A stretch of DNA of 63,703 nt, filler included, from Hausera hauseri (taxonomy: Eukaryota): NCBI GenBank assembly GCA_046269625.1. It is 12 parts of 12 records of this genome, joined end to end, with 100 filler letters (N's around TTAATTAATTAA, not from the genome) between each part and the next. Parts side by side here need not be neighbours in the genome. Positions count along the whole stretch, not along the records: positions 9,972 to 19,781 come from JBJURY010285502.1; positions 19,882 to 24,230 come from JBJURY010623331.1; 10 more parts are not named here. The stretch is one strand, 5' to 3'. The position numbers and the translations under genes were made by a program. Position 1 is the first letter of the stretch, and each line of letters begins with the position of its first letter. The notes under the pieces were generated by a model. It was not told where the DNA came from and searched no databases. It saw only the letters and a list, made by a program, of their open reading frames with translations. Positions 10,811 through 23,690 of the stretch are shown here, piece after piece.

Positions 10811-13055
10811 TTGGTTTTTCTGCCGGATCATGGTTGCCTAAAACATGATTGATTTGACAGTTAATGAAATGTAGCTAACACACTTTCAAAACAAAATGTA
10901 AATTTGAACTGTAACTATTAGAAAGCGTGCACAACAGCTTTTTAATTGTGTGCCTCTACTTGCTCAATTATTACATATAATAAACAAAAATCTGTTAGAA
11001 AATAAATAATCTGTTACTGTAAGTGATTAATTTTCTTTTGTAGTAACTGATTTTTTATTATGAAAATGATATAGACTATATTTCAAAATATTAATGTTTG
11101 TGTTTTGATTTAAATGGTTTTCATGAAAACATGAAAAAACAGGAGGTTAGAATACGAAAACATGAAAACGTGGGATGGTTATAATAGTGCGCCCCCTACC
11201 GTATATTGAATAATCATTTTTTGTATTTTGCGAAAGATTGAAAACTTTGTTAATTTCTCTGGAAGAGACTTATTAAAAATTGTTGAGATTAATATTTGTA
11301 TAATATGTATGCTATCACGCGTACTTAAATTACTGGGTTAACGCAGATACCTTAACAATCAGGGTAGATTGGATTCAATAACCTTACCTGGCTATCCTAC
11401 AGGTATTATGTCAGAGGATAAAGTGCGGGTTATTTGAAACTTTAATATCTTAAGGATTAATTGGCTCTCGGTTATTTAAATTAAATGGGACGCAGTGCGA
11501 CAGCAGGTCGGGACCATTCCGAATGCTATCTTAGTAAGATCGAATTATTAGAACGTTAAACAAATAATGTTAGACAAATCCTGCCACATGGTTGTTCTCT
11601 AGAAGACATGTATGACAGTTCATAACCTAATATGTTGCTCCTAAAGAACCCTATTGTTAACTTATAATAAATAGAATTCTTACATGAATTCATTGCGTAT
11701 CAGAAGCAACTAAATTGGTCTAATTGACCCAAATCAACACGAGTATTTATATCCGTAAAACAATCAAAAATTGTCGGTTTATTTCCATAAATGTTCGGGA
11801 AAGTTCAAATTAGATCAAAATAATACATATTAACTAATTTATAATTCACACATTGATCAAATTTATGTCACATTGTTTATTACACATTACATGAAATTCG
11901 TTTGTACAGAATTGTTCCACCTTTTCAAACGGTATCTGGAAATGACATTTCTTATTCAGGTGTATAAAATAAATTTAATTGTTATGATTTTGGTCGGTTG
12001 TCATTCGTGCCGTTAGGCAATGAAAACCATGGATTACGAATTCAAACACTATTTTTCAAAACAAACTCTTATTTAAACAAATTATCGTTTTAATAACTTT
12101 TATGAATTATCACGAATTCATGTTACTGCACTAATACTTACTAAATGCGAATTTCTATTACTCTACATATTGAATCCGTTAAATTTGTATTGTCAGATTT
12201 TTATTCACAGTATTGTTCAGTTTCCACTAATTCAGTTCGGGAGAGCAACACTAATTTATGCAACTTCTGAATTTACTGGTTCAACAAAATGAATCCCCTT
12301 TTATTTACGAGTATCAAAAGAGGCGCGACAAACACGAGGACCTTATCTGATCTTATCTTGCCTTATCATATATAGTAATGTGTAAAGGTCAGTGGCCCTT
12401 AGGACTGATTTTGACTTCCTACTGTTCTGCTCGACTCTCAATTACTTAAACAAGTTGCCGTCAGGTAGGGGACCTGGTCGACGAAGGTTTCAAATTACTT
12501 TCCGCGCTTAATTAATTAATGTTACTTCAAGGGTACACTACGAATGAAGAGTTCTTTAATATAAAATCCAGAGTATGTAATTGAAGAAATCAAAAATGCA
12601 AATACGTATAACATAAAACTCCGCAATGTTTTCTACTAGCACGTAGCCAATACTTTATACCTACGATACTCGATATTATCAATCACATAATAATAATCAT
12701 TAATTATACTTACAATGTTTACGTTCGTCACGATGAACAAGAGTCACTGTTTAAAATTCAGTTTTTTTACAGAATAGTGAAGGTTATATATACTTCCTAT
12801 TTCATCACCCAATCACCACAAGCAAATAAAATAATTCACATGATAAACAAAACAATTGAATAATGTACACGTTAATTTCCACTTTTATTTTTTTTTAACT
12901 ACGGAGAAATATAGATAATTTTACTGGATGGGGCTTTGTATCACAGGCCATCATGCACGAAAACCTCGCTGTCTATTAAGACTTCTTCCTCGATTTCAAT
13001 TCTTCTTTTCGCGATGAAACATTTTTTAGTTTTATTAGTTCTTATTGGTCTTTTG

Positions 13056-14477
13056 CAGTGCTGTGCAGAAGTCATTAATGCAGCATATTTTTAATGATTT
13101 GGTTTGGTATTTTGCTTATTTTTTATACAAAACAACTTAAAACCAAAATAATAACATTATTATTATTGCAACTATTCGTACAAGTAAAAATTAAACAGTT
13201 TATTAATATTTTGTCTATCTATTCCTCGCCTTAATGACTGATTTGATCCTACGTGGCATGGAGCTGATCATATTCTGAACTGTGGCGGGTGAGATTTCAT
13301 TCCAGATGTTCTGTAGATGGACCCATAGTGCATCCTTATTATTAGGATTGGCTCCCAGCAATTTTTTAAACATTATTTCTTATAAGTGTTCTATGGGTTT
13401 GAGGTCTGGACTCTGGGCTAGCCAGTTAAGTGTACGAACATCATGATCCTCGAGATATGCAGTCACAAATCTTGCATTATGACACGGCGAGTTGCCCTGT
13501 TGGAACAAACTCTTCCCCAGTGTTAAAAAGTAAATTGGCTGATGTCCCCATGCAGTTCGCGATAATCCTGACATACCCCTTTTCACTGTTCAACATCCTA
13601 AGCTTCATGTTGCCGCGCAAAGTCCAAGCGGGCTTGTGTGCAACAGTCAAAGGTGGTTTCTTGACCGCCACGCATTCTCTGAGACCGGCTTTCAGGAATC
13701 TCCTGATTGCTTGCAGAGACTTCCACTGTTGACTGTTGGAGCTGCTTGTTGAGGTTGGATGATGTCAGTCGACGATTCTTCAAATTCATCCGTACTAAAC
13801 TTTGATCCTGTCCGATTGTTGTTTTTCTTGGCCGCCCTTGCGTTGGTAGATCACGCACTGAGTTGGTTGCTGCATGTTTCTTTAATATTCACTGTCATGA
13901 AGTTGATTGTCATCGCCTTGGTTACTCCTGATATGAATACCCTTTCTGTACGTTCGTCAACACCATGCATCTCTGTTCCATCGTCAACTTTCTATACGAA
14001 ACCATGTCTAAAAATAATTTCAAAATAATAAAAAATTATAATAAAGGAAAAATACTAAAAATAATATTTAAAATGCACTAGAATATTAAATACGCAACAA
14101 ATCATGTTATTCGAACTTCAATTGTTACTACATATTAAAATTTTGGGTAAGTTTTGACCAAAAATTCATAAAGGTCATGACATGGATTATAAAGCATCAA
14201 TATACCATCCTTTCAATATAAATTTATCAATAAAGTAAAAGTTGACATACCTTTTGATATCCGAATATTGATAATCTACCAGTCACCACAAGAAAATCGG
14301 ATTAAATAAGATAAAACTGATAAAATAACGTAAAATTTGTTTATAAACAATGCCAGTTGCTGCAGCATGAATAGCAAAATGAAATTAAGTGGTATTCGCC
14401 AGATGGCAGCACACTATAGTGTTTTTCTGTGATTTATGCATAATTTTGATGCTGTATTAGACTTTTTCGAAGCTCTG
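13056..14477 (-). mobile_element. Tc1-family DNA transposon, internally deleted and inactive
   Basis: Transposase motifs GRPRKTT, KKPPLT, FQQGNSPCH, LNWLAQSPDLKPIEHL and SMPRRIKSVIKA are spread over several frames. Degenerate TIRs: CAGTGCTGTGCAGAAGTCATTAATGCAGCAT at 13056 versus CAGAGCTTCGAAAAAGTCTAATACAGCAT (reverse complement of the right end), with TA flanking the right end. Confidence 0.85.
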
Positions 14478-15457
14478 TAGTTAGAATTTGGTCACTGCGA
14501 TGACAATAGTTCATTTCTTATTGAACTTATTGAAATTTAAGTCAGAAATTTGAAACAAACTTTGAAACGCCCTTTTTATAAAATTTAAAATGTTTTACGA
14601 AAGTTAATAATTAATATACAATTGAAATTTTATCAACCGAGTTTCCCTTCACAACATGAATTCAAAGCATTAAAATCCGTTTGTTTACCCGTTCTAAATG
14701 TCAAAATATGGATAATAAAATGTCAAGTGACATGTTAACTATTATATAAATTTGAATCATAAATAATAATAGACTGAACAATTGTTTATTATTTCACGAT
14801 CAATACAACGGCACATTGCATATTACGAACTGTGCATTTCGACGATTAATGAGATTTTCATATGCCTAATAATCTGGCATAATATACATAAGGACAGCCA
14901 ATTAACACAGGACCCTTTTGCCCTACGCATTGCTCTGTTGGGATATTCGATAAATAAATATTTAACTTTGTATTTATTTAGCAGGATTTTTAATAATTCA
15001 TCGCTGTCAACGCCTCAAGATGATTTGATTTATTTTTAGAAGTGGTTGTAAACCGCTGCTTCTTATAATTCGAATTCGTACTTTTGTTTGATGTTCTGTC
15101 ACATTACTTTTGTTTGTTTCACCAGAAGAAAATTGCAGGTCACTGCAAATATTGCGATATAGGTAAATAATTTTTAACCAATTTCCTGATTCAATCAGTG
15201 ATTATAAATAGATTTATAATTTCTAGTGTTCTGTATTTGGTACTAAATATTCGTTTTCCTGTCGAAATTACATCAGTAATAAAAATTATCAAATTAAAGC
15301 TTAATGGATGATAAAGGATCTTTGTGATTCTATAATTTGTAATGCATTCAATACAGAAATGGCCCACTAGTTTTCTTAACCTACGGTTATTGAATCCAAC
15401 CGAAGGGCATACCATTGTTTTGAAGCCTCGTCTAAAGAAGTACCGGAGCACGCGCAC

Positions 15458-15952
15458 TGTAGGTGAATAATGAGAAAGAACAGGTTTTTTGTTTGTAAGA
15501 CGTTTTTAGTGTCCCAGAGAACCGTGGAGTGCGCGGTGAAGTGATGGTTGAGTCTCAGAATTGTTTATTGAATACTGAACTCGGAGTATTAGTGGATATC
15601 TGAGGTGTTGAGACAAACTACATAGGATATAGCTTTTGGTCGAGAAGAGATCTGAAGAGTAGTGTTGCTTTGAAGCGTGTTATTGCCCTGGATGGGCTAC
15701 TACCAGTGGAGACGGGGTTTGAAGAGTTTCCTAGCTGCATCAGGTTGGATTTCACATTACCTATAGTTCTATAAGACGGTTTATCCTGTAATATAAAGTT
15801 CTGAAGGAATTTAAGATCGATGTGTGGTGTAGCGGGATTGCATCGAAGAATGCAGCTAAGAAAGTTAAGATGTTGGCTGCACTGTAGAGGAAGAAGGCGG
15901 AGAATTTGGTATTTGAGCTGTCCTTACGTGGTAAGGCTAGAAAGTCCTTACA
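15458..15952 (-). mobile_element. Possible solo LTR
   Basis: ~495-bp unit bounded by TGTAGG...CCTTACA with a minus-strand AATAAA. No matching TSD seen. Confidence 0.3.
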
Positions 15953-17134
15953 CTCGTATCATAATAAAAAAGATACTTGGACCTAATTTTGTGAAACAAC
16001 AAACATAAAGGTTTTATTTTTCAACATAATTCCCTGCAACTCCAAAGTGACAATGCACCAAGTCAACAAGTGGCTGAAAATTTGTATAATTTATGATTTT
16101 CATTTGAAACAAATTATTATGCATTACAACCAATTTTACAAGATAGAAAAATTCATAAAAACGTGTCTTGATACCATACCAGAAACCGAATATGACTTAG
16201 AAGACTTAAGAAGACATGTGCATACATTCTGAAATAATACCAATAAGTGAAGCCGACTATGATGCATGGATACAACATCATGAATTGTTGAGAAAAAAGA
16301 ACATGAAAAAGATCCACAAGCATGGCGAAAGTGTTATGAATAATTGTTAATAAAGTTTAGAGAAAACTTGAAAATTTTGTCAAAATTCAAAATTCCTTAA
16401 CACAGTAGGCAAGATTTAAGCAAGTACCAAATTCTGTTATATTTAAAGTTTCTAATTGCGTTATTTTAACTATCTTGGAAAAATTATTTTCATATTAATC
16501 AGCAATATTTTTTGTATATCACTTTGATTATTTGTTATAAAACCGATGAGAATCAATATATAATATGTAATAAATTTAACTCACTGTAATTTAACTTAAC
16601 TTTTAAAATTTTATATGATTTTACAAGTTTGGCAAGTATGTGTTACGTAATATTTTTAACCATAAATTTGCATTTTAATATTGAAGCTAAAATTAATAAT
16701 AATAAAGCATAATTTCAAGCTGTCAATGTATACTGATGTAAAAATATTTATTAATTTGTGTGTATGTTATTGTAAAATTGTTTAGACAACGACAATATTT
16801 TATTAATTGTATTACAGTATACAAAATTGTTATCAAAAGTTAAAAATTAAAATTTTACACTTTTTATGACAATAAAATTATCCATAAAGTTAAGTAAATG
16901 TATATAGGATCATTAAGCAAATAAATTTACAATTACACGTGACATTAAATCAATTAATTGATATTAGCAATACCTTTTTATTATTTTATTTATTATTCGT
17001 GTACCGATTTGAATCTAGCTCATGAAGAATTGTCCAGTTTTCAATGATTTATGGAATGTGTTTGACTATGACGTTTTTCAAAACAATCCTCAATCGGCTT
17101 CCTTAGAGTTTCAGGGTTCTTCCATGTCGAAGAA

Positions 17135-17638
17135 ATGGCTGAAAAATTCGATCTGACGGTTACGTCTACATTTGATGTTAAGCAAGAGAATGAGCATGAT
17201 TTTCGTCATTCGATTGATATCTCCGTTGGAAAGTTTAAGCCTCCATCTAACAATATATCTAAGAGCAAGAATGAACGTTTCAGCTCTAGTACGACGGCTA
17301 GTCTATTGTCTGATAAACGAATATCCTTCAGTTCCATGTCAACTGCCAGTACATCAAGTTCAGATGTAAATGTGAAAAGCGGAATAGCGGTACTCGAAGA
17401 TAGCAATGACGAGAAGAACGAAACAGTCTCAAAAGAACCGAATATTGATAATGATATTAAAGTATATGCAAGATGGAGAGACGAAAAATATTATTATACC
17501 GGTACTATTAAAGAGTTGCATAATCTACAAACTCAGGTTTACTTTGATGATAATTCTGTGTGGACAGTCAAAATGGAGGATATCTATAAGACTGAATTTC
17601 TTCAACACTTGGAACTGAAATATCTTGTTCAAATATAA
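17135..17638 (+). pseudogene. 53BP1-like Tudor domain gene fragment
   Basis: Ser-rich region followed by IKVYARWRDEKYYYTGTIKELHNLQTQVYFDDNSVWTVKMEDI, matching the first Tudor of 53BP1-type tandem Tudors (V.A.W...Y.Y.G.I.....V.FDD). The frame breaks immediately afterwards. Confidence 0.65.
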
Positions 17639-17736
17639 TACATGGTTGACGAACTCAAAACCAAAGCGATCTTCAATATATGTGTCACCATTTACAAAGT
17701 GCTCTAGTACGAACATTAATCACTTATCTTGAAGCC

Positions 17737-18006
17737 GAGGTCATCTAATATCCCGAAAGAATACGAAATATAGATTGGAGAAAGATGGCACGAGGTCATC
17801 TAATATCCCGAAAGAATACGAAATATAGATTGGAGAAAGATGGCACTAGGTCATCTAATATCCCGAAAGAATACGAAATATAGATTGGAGAAAGATGGCA
17901 CGATGTCATCATATATCCCGAAAGTATACGAAATATAGATTGGAGAAAGATGGCACGATGTCATCTAATATCCCGAAAGAATACGAAATATAGATTGGAG
18001 AAAGAT
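17737..18006 (+). repeat. 55-bp minisatellite, ~4.9 copies
   Basis: Unit GAGGTCATCTAATATCCCGAAAGAATACGAAATATAGATTGGAGAAAGATGGCAC repeated head-to-tail with few substitutions. Confidence 0.95.
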
Positions 18007-19881
18007 AATCCATTTGTGCAGTTTTTTTACAATTGGGTTTTCATGGTTACTGCCGAAAATGATTTTGTTTCAGTAATACAGTATTTTCTTTTAGATATCC
18101 TTTTGTGTAAAGACTCAACACACCAGAAACAGAACATATTTATGAATGACAATCCTTAAAAATGCTTAGAGGAAATGAAACCCGATGAATCATTATTTTT
18201 CTTATAAAGACTAACAGGAGTAAGCAAATAACTTTCACGGAATTTTCCGTGGTACATTAAAACGAATTACAATTAAAATGGTCAAAAATCAAAGGCATAA
18301 TTTTAATGTATATTTTTAATGAAATATCAAAATGGAATTTAAATCAAATTATCGGTGATTCATTCAGAATTTATAAAAACTATTTAATTAGGTAATTTGA
18401 AGAACAGTTTATTGAAAATTTTCCGGGAAACAAAATTTTCTGAAAATCTTGGTTTATAACAAATAATAAGAGATCAACAAAATTTGATGATGGCACTTGT
18501 TCAAATCTCCCGCTGTGTTAAGGAATTTTGAACTTTGACAATATTCTTTCCTTTAGTCATGCTATTTTTTTAAATATGTTATTTTCAAAGTTTGTTTGAT
18601 GTTTTATCAATCTAAAATGTGTTGATTTGATAAATATTGACTATTACATTATTGACCACAGATTCTATTTGATGGATATTTTTTATTTTATCAGATCGTT
18701 TAGAGAAAACTTGAAAATTTTGTCAAAATTCAAAATTCCTTAACACAGTAGGCAAGATTTAAGCAAGTACCAAANNNNNNNNNNNNNNNNNNNNNNNNNN
18801 NNNNNNNNNNNNNNNNNNNNNNNNNNNNNNNNNNNNNNNNNNNNNNNNNNNNNNNNNNNNNNNNNNNNNNNNNNCTGCCAGTACATCAAGTTCAGATGTA
18901 AATGTGAAAAGCGGAATAGCGGTACTCGAAGATAGCAATGACGAGAAGAACAAAACAGTCTCAAAAGAACCGAATATTGATAATGATATTAAAGTATATG
19001 CAAGATGGAGAGACAAAAAATATTATTATATTCCAGACACTCTTTATTTTAGCAGACATGGTTAAACCACTGCAAGAGATTTTCCTGGAGTTAAAGAAAA
19101 TACTGATTTGACCTTCTGAGGACAGCCGGACTCCATATAAACTGTACTGATAAGAACATGAGTATGGTGAGATCAGTCTATTCGATGGCAGCAGAAATAG
19201 TATAAAACAGAAACATGAGTGCTACTGGTTTTCAAAGCCAGCATCAGTCAAACTGTACCTTGTTGACACGTGAATGGAGACCCTGAATGGAGCTATCCAA
19301 CCTGGGACTGACTGGTACTTATATGGTCTTAAAAAATCCTTAGCATGCACATACCACGCTCAATAAACAGACGTTCATCGGCATCCCCTCTCCGCCCTCC
19401 TCTAAACTCTTTCAAGTTCAGTTTAAGTTCCATCAGATATTTTAGGTGTTTTCTTGTTAATATAAGCAGAAACATTCAGAGTGCATAGGACAGTGTTTTG
19501 CACAGATACAATTGTTTTAACTTAAATATAAAACCAGAAATTAGATGCACAGACAGACGGAAAGACGAATGGACACATAGATATAGAACAGGAAGTCAAA
19601 TAGAACTTTTTTTCTTTCTTTTAATTATCCAGATCGGTAACCATCATTTTCTGGACTGCGTGGGTGGACGTCTCATTGAGTGCTGATTCTGGAGCAGGGC
19701 GCAATCCCTACTTCAAATAAGAGAAAAATAAACGGCAAATCTATCAATAATGCAAATATGGATTAATTAACGTCCAACAATNNNNNNNNNNNNNNNNNNN
19801 NNNNNNNNNNNNNNNNNNNNNNNNNTTAATTAATTAANNNNNNNNNNNNNNNNNNNNNNNNNNNNNNNNNNNNNNNNNNNN

Positions 19882-20158
19882 TGTTTAATTCGTCAGAAAG
19901 ATCCACCAGTGACTTGTACAGTCTGGGCCTTAGTGCAATTTCAAATGAGAGCTTGGTGTTGTGCGGAAGGTAATGTAACTACACTTCGTTCTCTAGCACG
20001 TTAAAGGAACTGTTTGGGTACTCAATCTCCACCAAACAGACTTCGTATTGTGAATTCAAGTCTATGATTTGTGGAAGTTTCACGTAAAAGTGTTCGGGTC
20101 CATTATTCGGAAACGTCTTCATAGAGGCATTGCTCGGCAGCATCACGTAAAAACTCAT
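19882..20158 (-). pseudogene. Polinton minor capsid (penton-like) protein, N-terminus
   Basis: MSFYVMLPSNASMKTFPNNGPEHFYVKLPQIIDLNSQYEVCLVEIEYP is typical of the Maverick penton N-terminus. In-frame TAG; truncated by the contig end. Confidence 0.75.
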
Positions 20159-20370
20159 TATTGTCGCAAGCTTGTCTTTGGGTTAGGAAAAAGATAACCG
20201 AGACAACTACACAGTAAAACTATCCACAACTTGTTTTCCTGGTCGCTGCTCGTAGTCAGATTGAAAAGAGACATGCTGATGACGGTATATCACCGAAAGT
20301 TGCGAAATAAACACAACTTCTTCATGGGGAACAAGTTGATCAAACCAATATGTGACGGGTCTTCTTTCTA
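20159..20370 (-). pseudogene. Polinton small hydrophobic (two-TM) ORF
   Basis: Frameshifted reading PHEEVVFISQLSVIY/VISMSLFNLTTSSDQENKLWIVLLCSCLGYLFPNP. I recognise the LW..LL.SC.GYL.PNP motif from Maverick small ORFs. Confidence 0.55.
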
Positions 20371-20606
20371 CTCTTTCATTGAGAGGAGCGGCCTCTTCGG
20401 CCAGGACTAGTCTTTATATCTCGAAATGTGTTTTCCCAAAATCCAATTGTTGAATAAAGAATTATAATCGAACCATTTCACTAAATATTCTTTACCGCCA
20501 GCCATTCATCTTTCTGCTACGATGCTTTCTATTCTGTAAATTTGTTTGTCTCCCACTTTTTGGATCTCTTCTTTGTAAAACGAACCTAAAACTTCTTCAC
20601 TGCTGA

Positions 20607-21622
20607 CTAGACTTTATATCTCGAAATGTGTTTTCCCAAAATCAAACTGTTGAATGAAGAATCATAATCGAACCATTTCACTAAATATTCTTTACCGCCA
20701 GCCGTTCGTCTTTCTCGTACGGTGCTTACTATTCTGTAAATTTGTCTGTCTCCCACTTTGTGGACCTCTTCTTTGTAAATCGAACCTAAAACTTCTTCAC
20801 TGCTGTCATCTTTCAGAACGTAAGTTTTCGGATTCGTTGCATTTATACAAGACACAGTAAACAATTCTTCCGACAATGCTCGAGTGTAGCCTTTCTAAAA
20901 ATATTGTCTCGTTTGTCCGACTCTGACATGGTCTCCTTCCATAAACGCTTTTATTCCGACTGTTTCGCTTGATGAATACAAATTGTTCCACATCACTTCT
21001 TGATTGTCACCGTTTACATCAACAGGGACCATGCGAATACTTCTGTGATAAGACTTGTAATTTAGAAGCAAATAATCGATCGCGTCTAAGTAACGAAGAC
21101 CGTTTGTTTTGGTAAAGTATCACCACATTTTTTCTATTAAAGTTCAGTTAAACCGCTCCACGAGGGCAGCCTTGACGTCCTCATTTTCCACAGTGAAGAA
21201 ACGCATGCCTCGGTCTTTGATAAACTTAACGAATGTTTTGTTGATAAATTCGCTGCCTTTGTCTGTCTGTAGTGCCATAGGCTTACGTTCGGAAAAATTT
21301 TGCTCGTGGCCTTGAGCAGCTCCTTGCCTGTTTTCTTCTTTATCGGAATCGCCCAAGCGTATTTGCAAAAGACGTCTATACACGTCACTAGATATGACAT
21401 CCCATCGCTGAATGTTTTTAATGCGCGCACGTCTATCAGATTGGCCTGAAACTGGTGACCGATGCCACCTGTTACGATTGGTCCCCTCTTAAATTTGTGA
21501 CGAACGGGTTTATGAAGAGCATAAGCATCTTGGTGACTTAACCATTCCTTAATTTTCTCAGATTTTGGTAGCGTGATGTAAGGTGATTGCCCTGCCGTAT
21601 GCCCCCGCTTACTCTGGGTCAT
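20607..21622 (-). pseudogene. Polinton retroviral-like (c-)integrase with C-terminal chromodomain
   Basis: WLSHQDAYALHKPVR, FQANLID, CIDVFCKYAWAIPIK, LQTDKGSEF, KAALVERFN, then YRIVSTVRER...KEYLVKWFDYDSSFNS. Several frameshifts. Confidence 0.9.
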
Positions 21623-21728
21623 AGTAAAGTTTAAGAGTTCGTTTATTCAGCGGGCCATGTTTTCCAATGGGCGTGTTTGTTTCTTTATGTCATTTCCTCA
21701 GGTTACGAAACACGGGTATTCCAGATCT

Positions 21729-22199
21729 CTATTTAGTAGACGAGGGCGGTGTTTGCAAAATTTTGGCAACCAGTGTCAGCGATAGAGATCTTTTGGTATG
21801 GGGCGTTGATACTTGAGGGGTTGACGCTTGAGGCGTTTTGGTAACTGTCGTCGTCGTCGTCGTCAACGGGGTTTGCGGTATTATATCCGAGATTTCGTCT
21901 TTAAGTACGGTTGGTGATATGTCCTCGACGATCGGGGGAAGCGGCGGCATCGGTTCCTTGATGTCGACCAACCCTAGAGATTTGTGTCTGTGCTATTCTA
22001 GTCTATTCAAATAATGCTGGAACATTTGTTGATACAATTGGACTTTGACACGCGGTGATAAATCGTCCCTTTCCAAGATTCGTTGCATTTCATAATCCAA
22101 GTCTCGCAAATTGTCGTTCACAGCGTCGGGCGGAACGTATTGCCTTTGGTTCATAGTCTCCAACAATTGCGGGTCCATCAAAATCATTTTCCTGGCCAT
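21729..22199 (-). pseudogene. Polinton accessory ORF (resembles the adintovirus 'wasp'-type protein)
   Basis: MARKMILMDPQLL...LRDLDYEMQRILERDDLSPRVKVQLYQQMFQHYL followed by a Pro/Thr-rich region. Position next to the integrase. Confidence 0.55.
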
Positions 22200-22201
22200 G
22201 A

Positions 22202-22489
22202 TTAAACGCCCAACACGCCTAGGAAACCTCCTTGTTGAAGAATCTCTTTCCGTATTTTGATCGACAGCTTCTTTATGGTGAGGGCGCGCAGACCCATTTT
22301 GTAATGACGCAAACGACTCTTCTGTTCTCGATTGAGCGGAATGTTACCTTTTAACACGTTGTACCAACACTCTCACAGCTCTCGCTCGAGATTCGGGGTC
22401 GCCGACTTCATTACGGCCTTTACGGCAACTGGATTCATCCACCTCAAGAATCGCAACATTTCACCATGTTGGGTAAGCGTGGAGTTCAT
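22202..22489 (-). pseudogene. Polinton small basic ORF (resembles the adintovirus 'cupiennin'-type protein)
   Basis: Reads ...ECWYNVLKGNIPLNREQK/SRLRHYKMGLRAL...KEILQQGGFLGVLGV* with one stop and one frameshift. The NVLKGN.PL and GGFL motifs are characteristic. Confidence 0.65.
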
Positions 22490-22915
22490 TTCGGAATGTA
22501 CACGACTTGGTTTTCATGGGGGAAAATACAACTGTGCAATCGCAAGTGTTCCAGTGTTTCCTGACAAAGATCGAGAAACAAATAACCGTGAGGTTTTGAT
22601 GTCGCATCCTTAAAACTTTCTTGTAGATATGATCCGTGACCCGGGTACATTTGTTTGACCAAATTGATAATCTGGATGCGTCCCTGGGTTTTTTTTTTAA
22701 AAGACGAGGTAATGGGAATTTAAGCTTATGGTGCGGTGTTCCTTATTTTTTCCACAGGTTTTGGACAATGTACACGATGCTGAGATTCTGGCGGTGACTC
22801 GACTTTGTAAAAAGTTTGGTTATTCGGTCGTCGGTTTCCGACATTAGATCGTCAATAACCACCAATCGCCTCTTGTCCCCGCGCCATTGTTCCACGTCTG
22901 GAAGACCTTCGATGT
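22486..22915 (-). pseudogene. Polinton FtsK/A32-like packaging ATPase, C-terminal half
   Basis: Walker B LVVIDDLM, then KLFTKSSHRQNLSIVYIVQNL, RTISLNSHY and RDASQI. Its stop overlaps the next ATG (ATGA). Confidence 0.85.
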
Positions 22916-23411
22916 GGAGCCATTTGGTAGCAGACAGCGCCTGCCCAAATCTCTATTTCTCTGTCATGCTTTGCCAGTATATTTGATAGATTTCTTTAAT
23001 GTTCGACATTGCCAACTCCGAGTGTGTGTGTGTGCATTTGGGGTGGGGGTGGGGATGATAGTTTGATAATGCACTATCATTATGCCTGGCGTGCATTAAG
23101 GAACTACTTTAGGCGGATTTTGAAATTCACAAAATAATTCAAGAGGTCATTATTTCTCAGACATTCGCATTTTATTCTCCCTTCCCGCTTTAAATGCTGG
23201 GTAATGTGTGGTTCTCTTTCACCGATTAGTTTAACTTCCAATTATTTATTATTATTATTATTGTTTTAATTTTTTTGCTGTTTGACCTTAATATACATAA
23301 TCTCTGTTGTTTTATTCCCTGCCCCGGACTTTAGAAAAAAAAGCATTTATTTCGTTGTATCCCCTTGAGTTAACCACTGTTTGTATACACTCATACACAC
23401 TCAGAGGGAAC

Positions 23412-23690
23412 TCATCATCATCATCAGGTGCCACGTAGGCCTATGCCGTCAGGATCTCCGAATCTAGAAGTCCGTGGTGTCTCCAATCATCTCTTCTGTT
23501 GACGGGCTTCCGACCCATTCACGCAAGCCAACCAGACATGTCATCATATGTCGTCCACTATTTTTATTTTATGGTATTTTGCCAGTGGTGACCGAGTTAT
23601 CCAGACCTTCTTTCCTTAAAATATGGCCAAACATAAACGCTTCTTTTTTTCTGATAGTTCGTAGGAGCTGTGGCGTGCAATGCAGGGAAC
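23412..23690 (-). mobile_element. RTE-clade LINE 3' end
   Basis: FGHILRKEGLDNSVTTGKI...GRHMMTCL on the minus strand, ending in a (GAT)n tail. Confidence 0.65.

Larger units (their letters stand above)
16356..19030 (+). repeat. ~2.3-kb local tandem duplication spanning an assembly gap
   Basis: 16356-16432 recurs at 18698-18774, and ~17343-17498 recurs at 18875-19030 on the far side of the 100-N gap. Confidence 0.85.
19882..22915 (-). mobile_element. Polinton/Maverick (adintovirus-type) element fragment, decayed
   Basis: Co-oriented, tightly packed block: packaging ATPase, two small conserved ORFs, retroviral-type integrase with chromodomain, small hydrophobic ORF, minor capsid. Confidence 0.9.

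Noticed and set aside
17737-18006. CRISPR-like array
   Set aside because: Head-to-tail units with no unique spacers, eukaryotic context and no cas genes.
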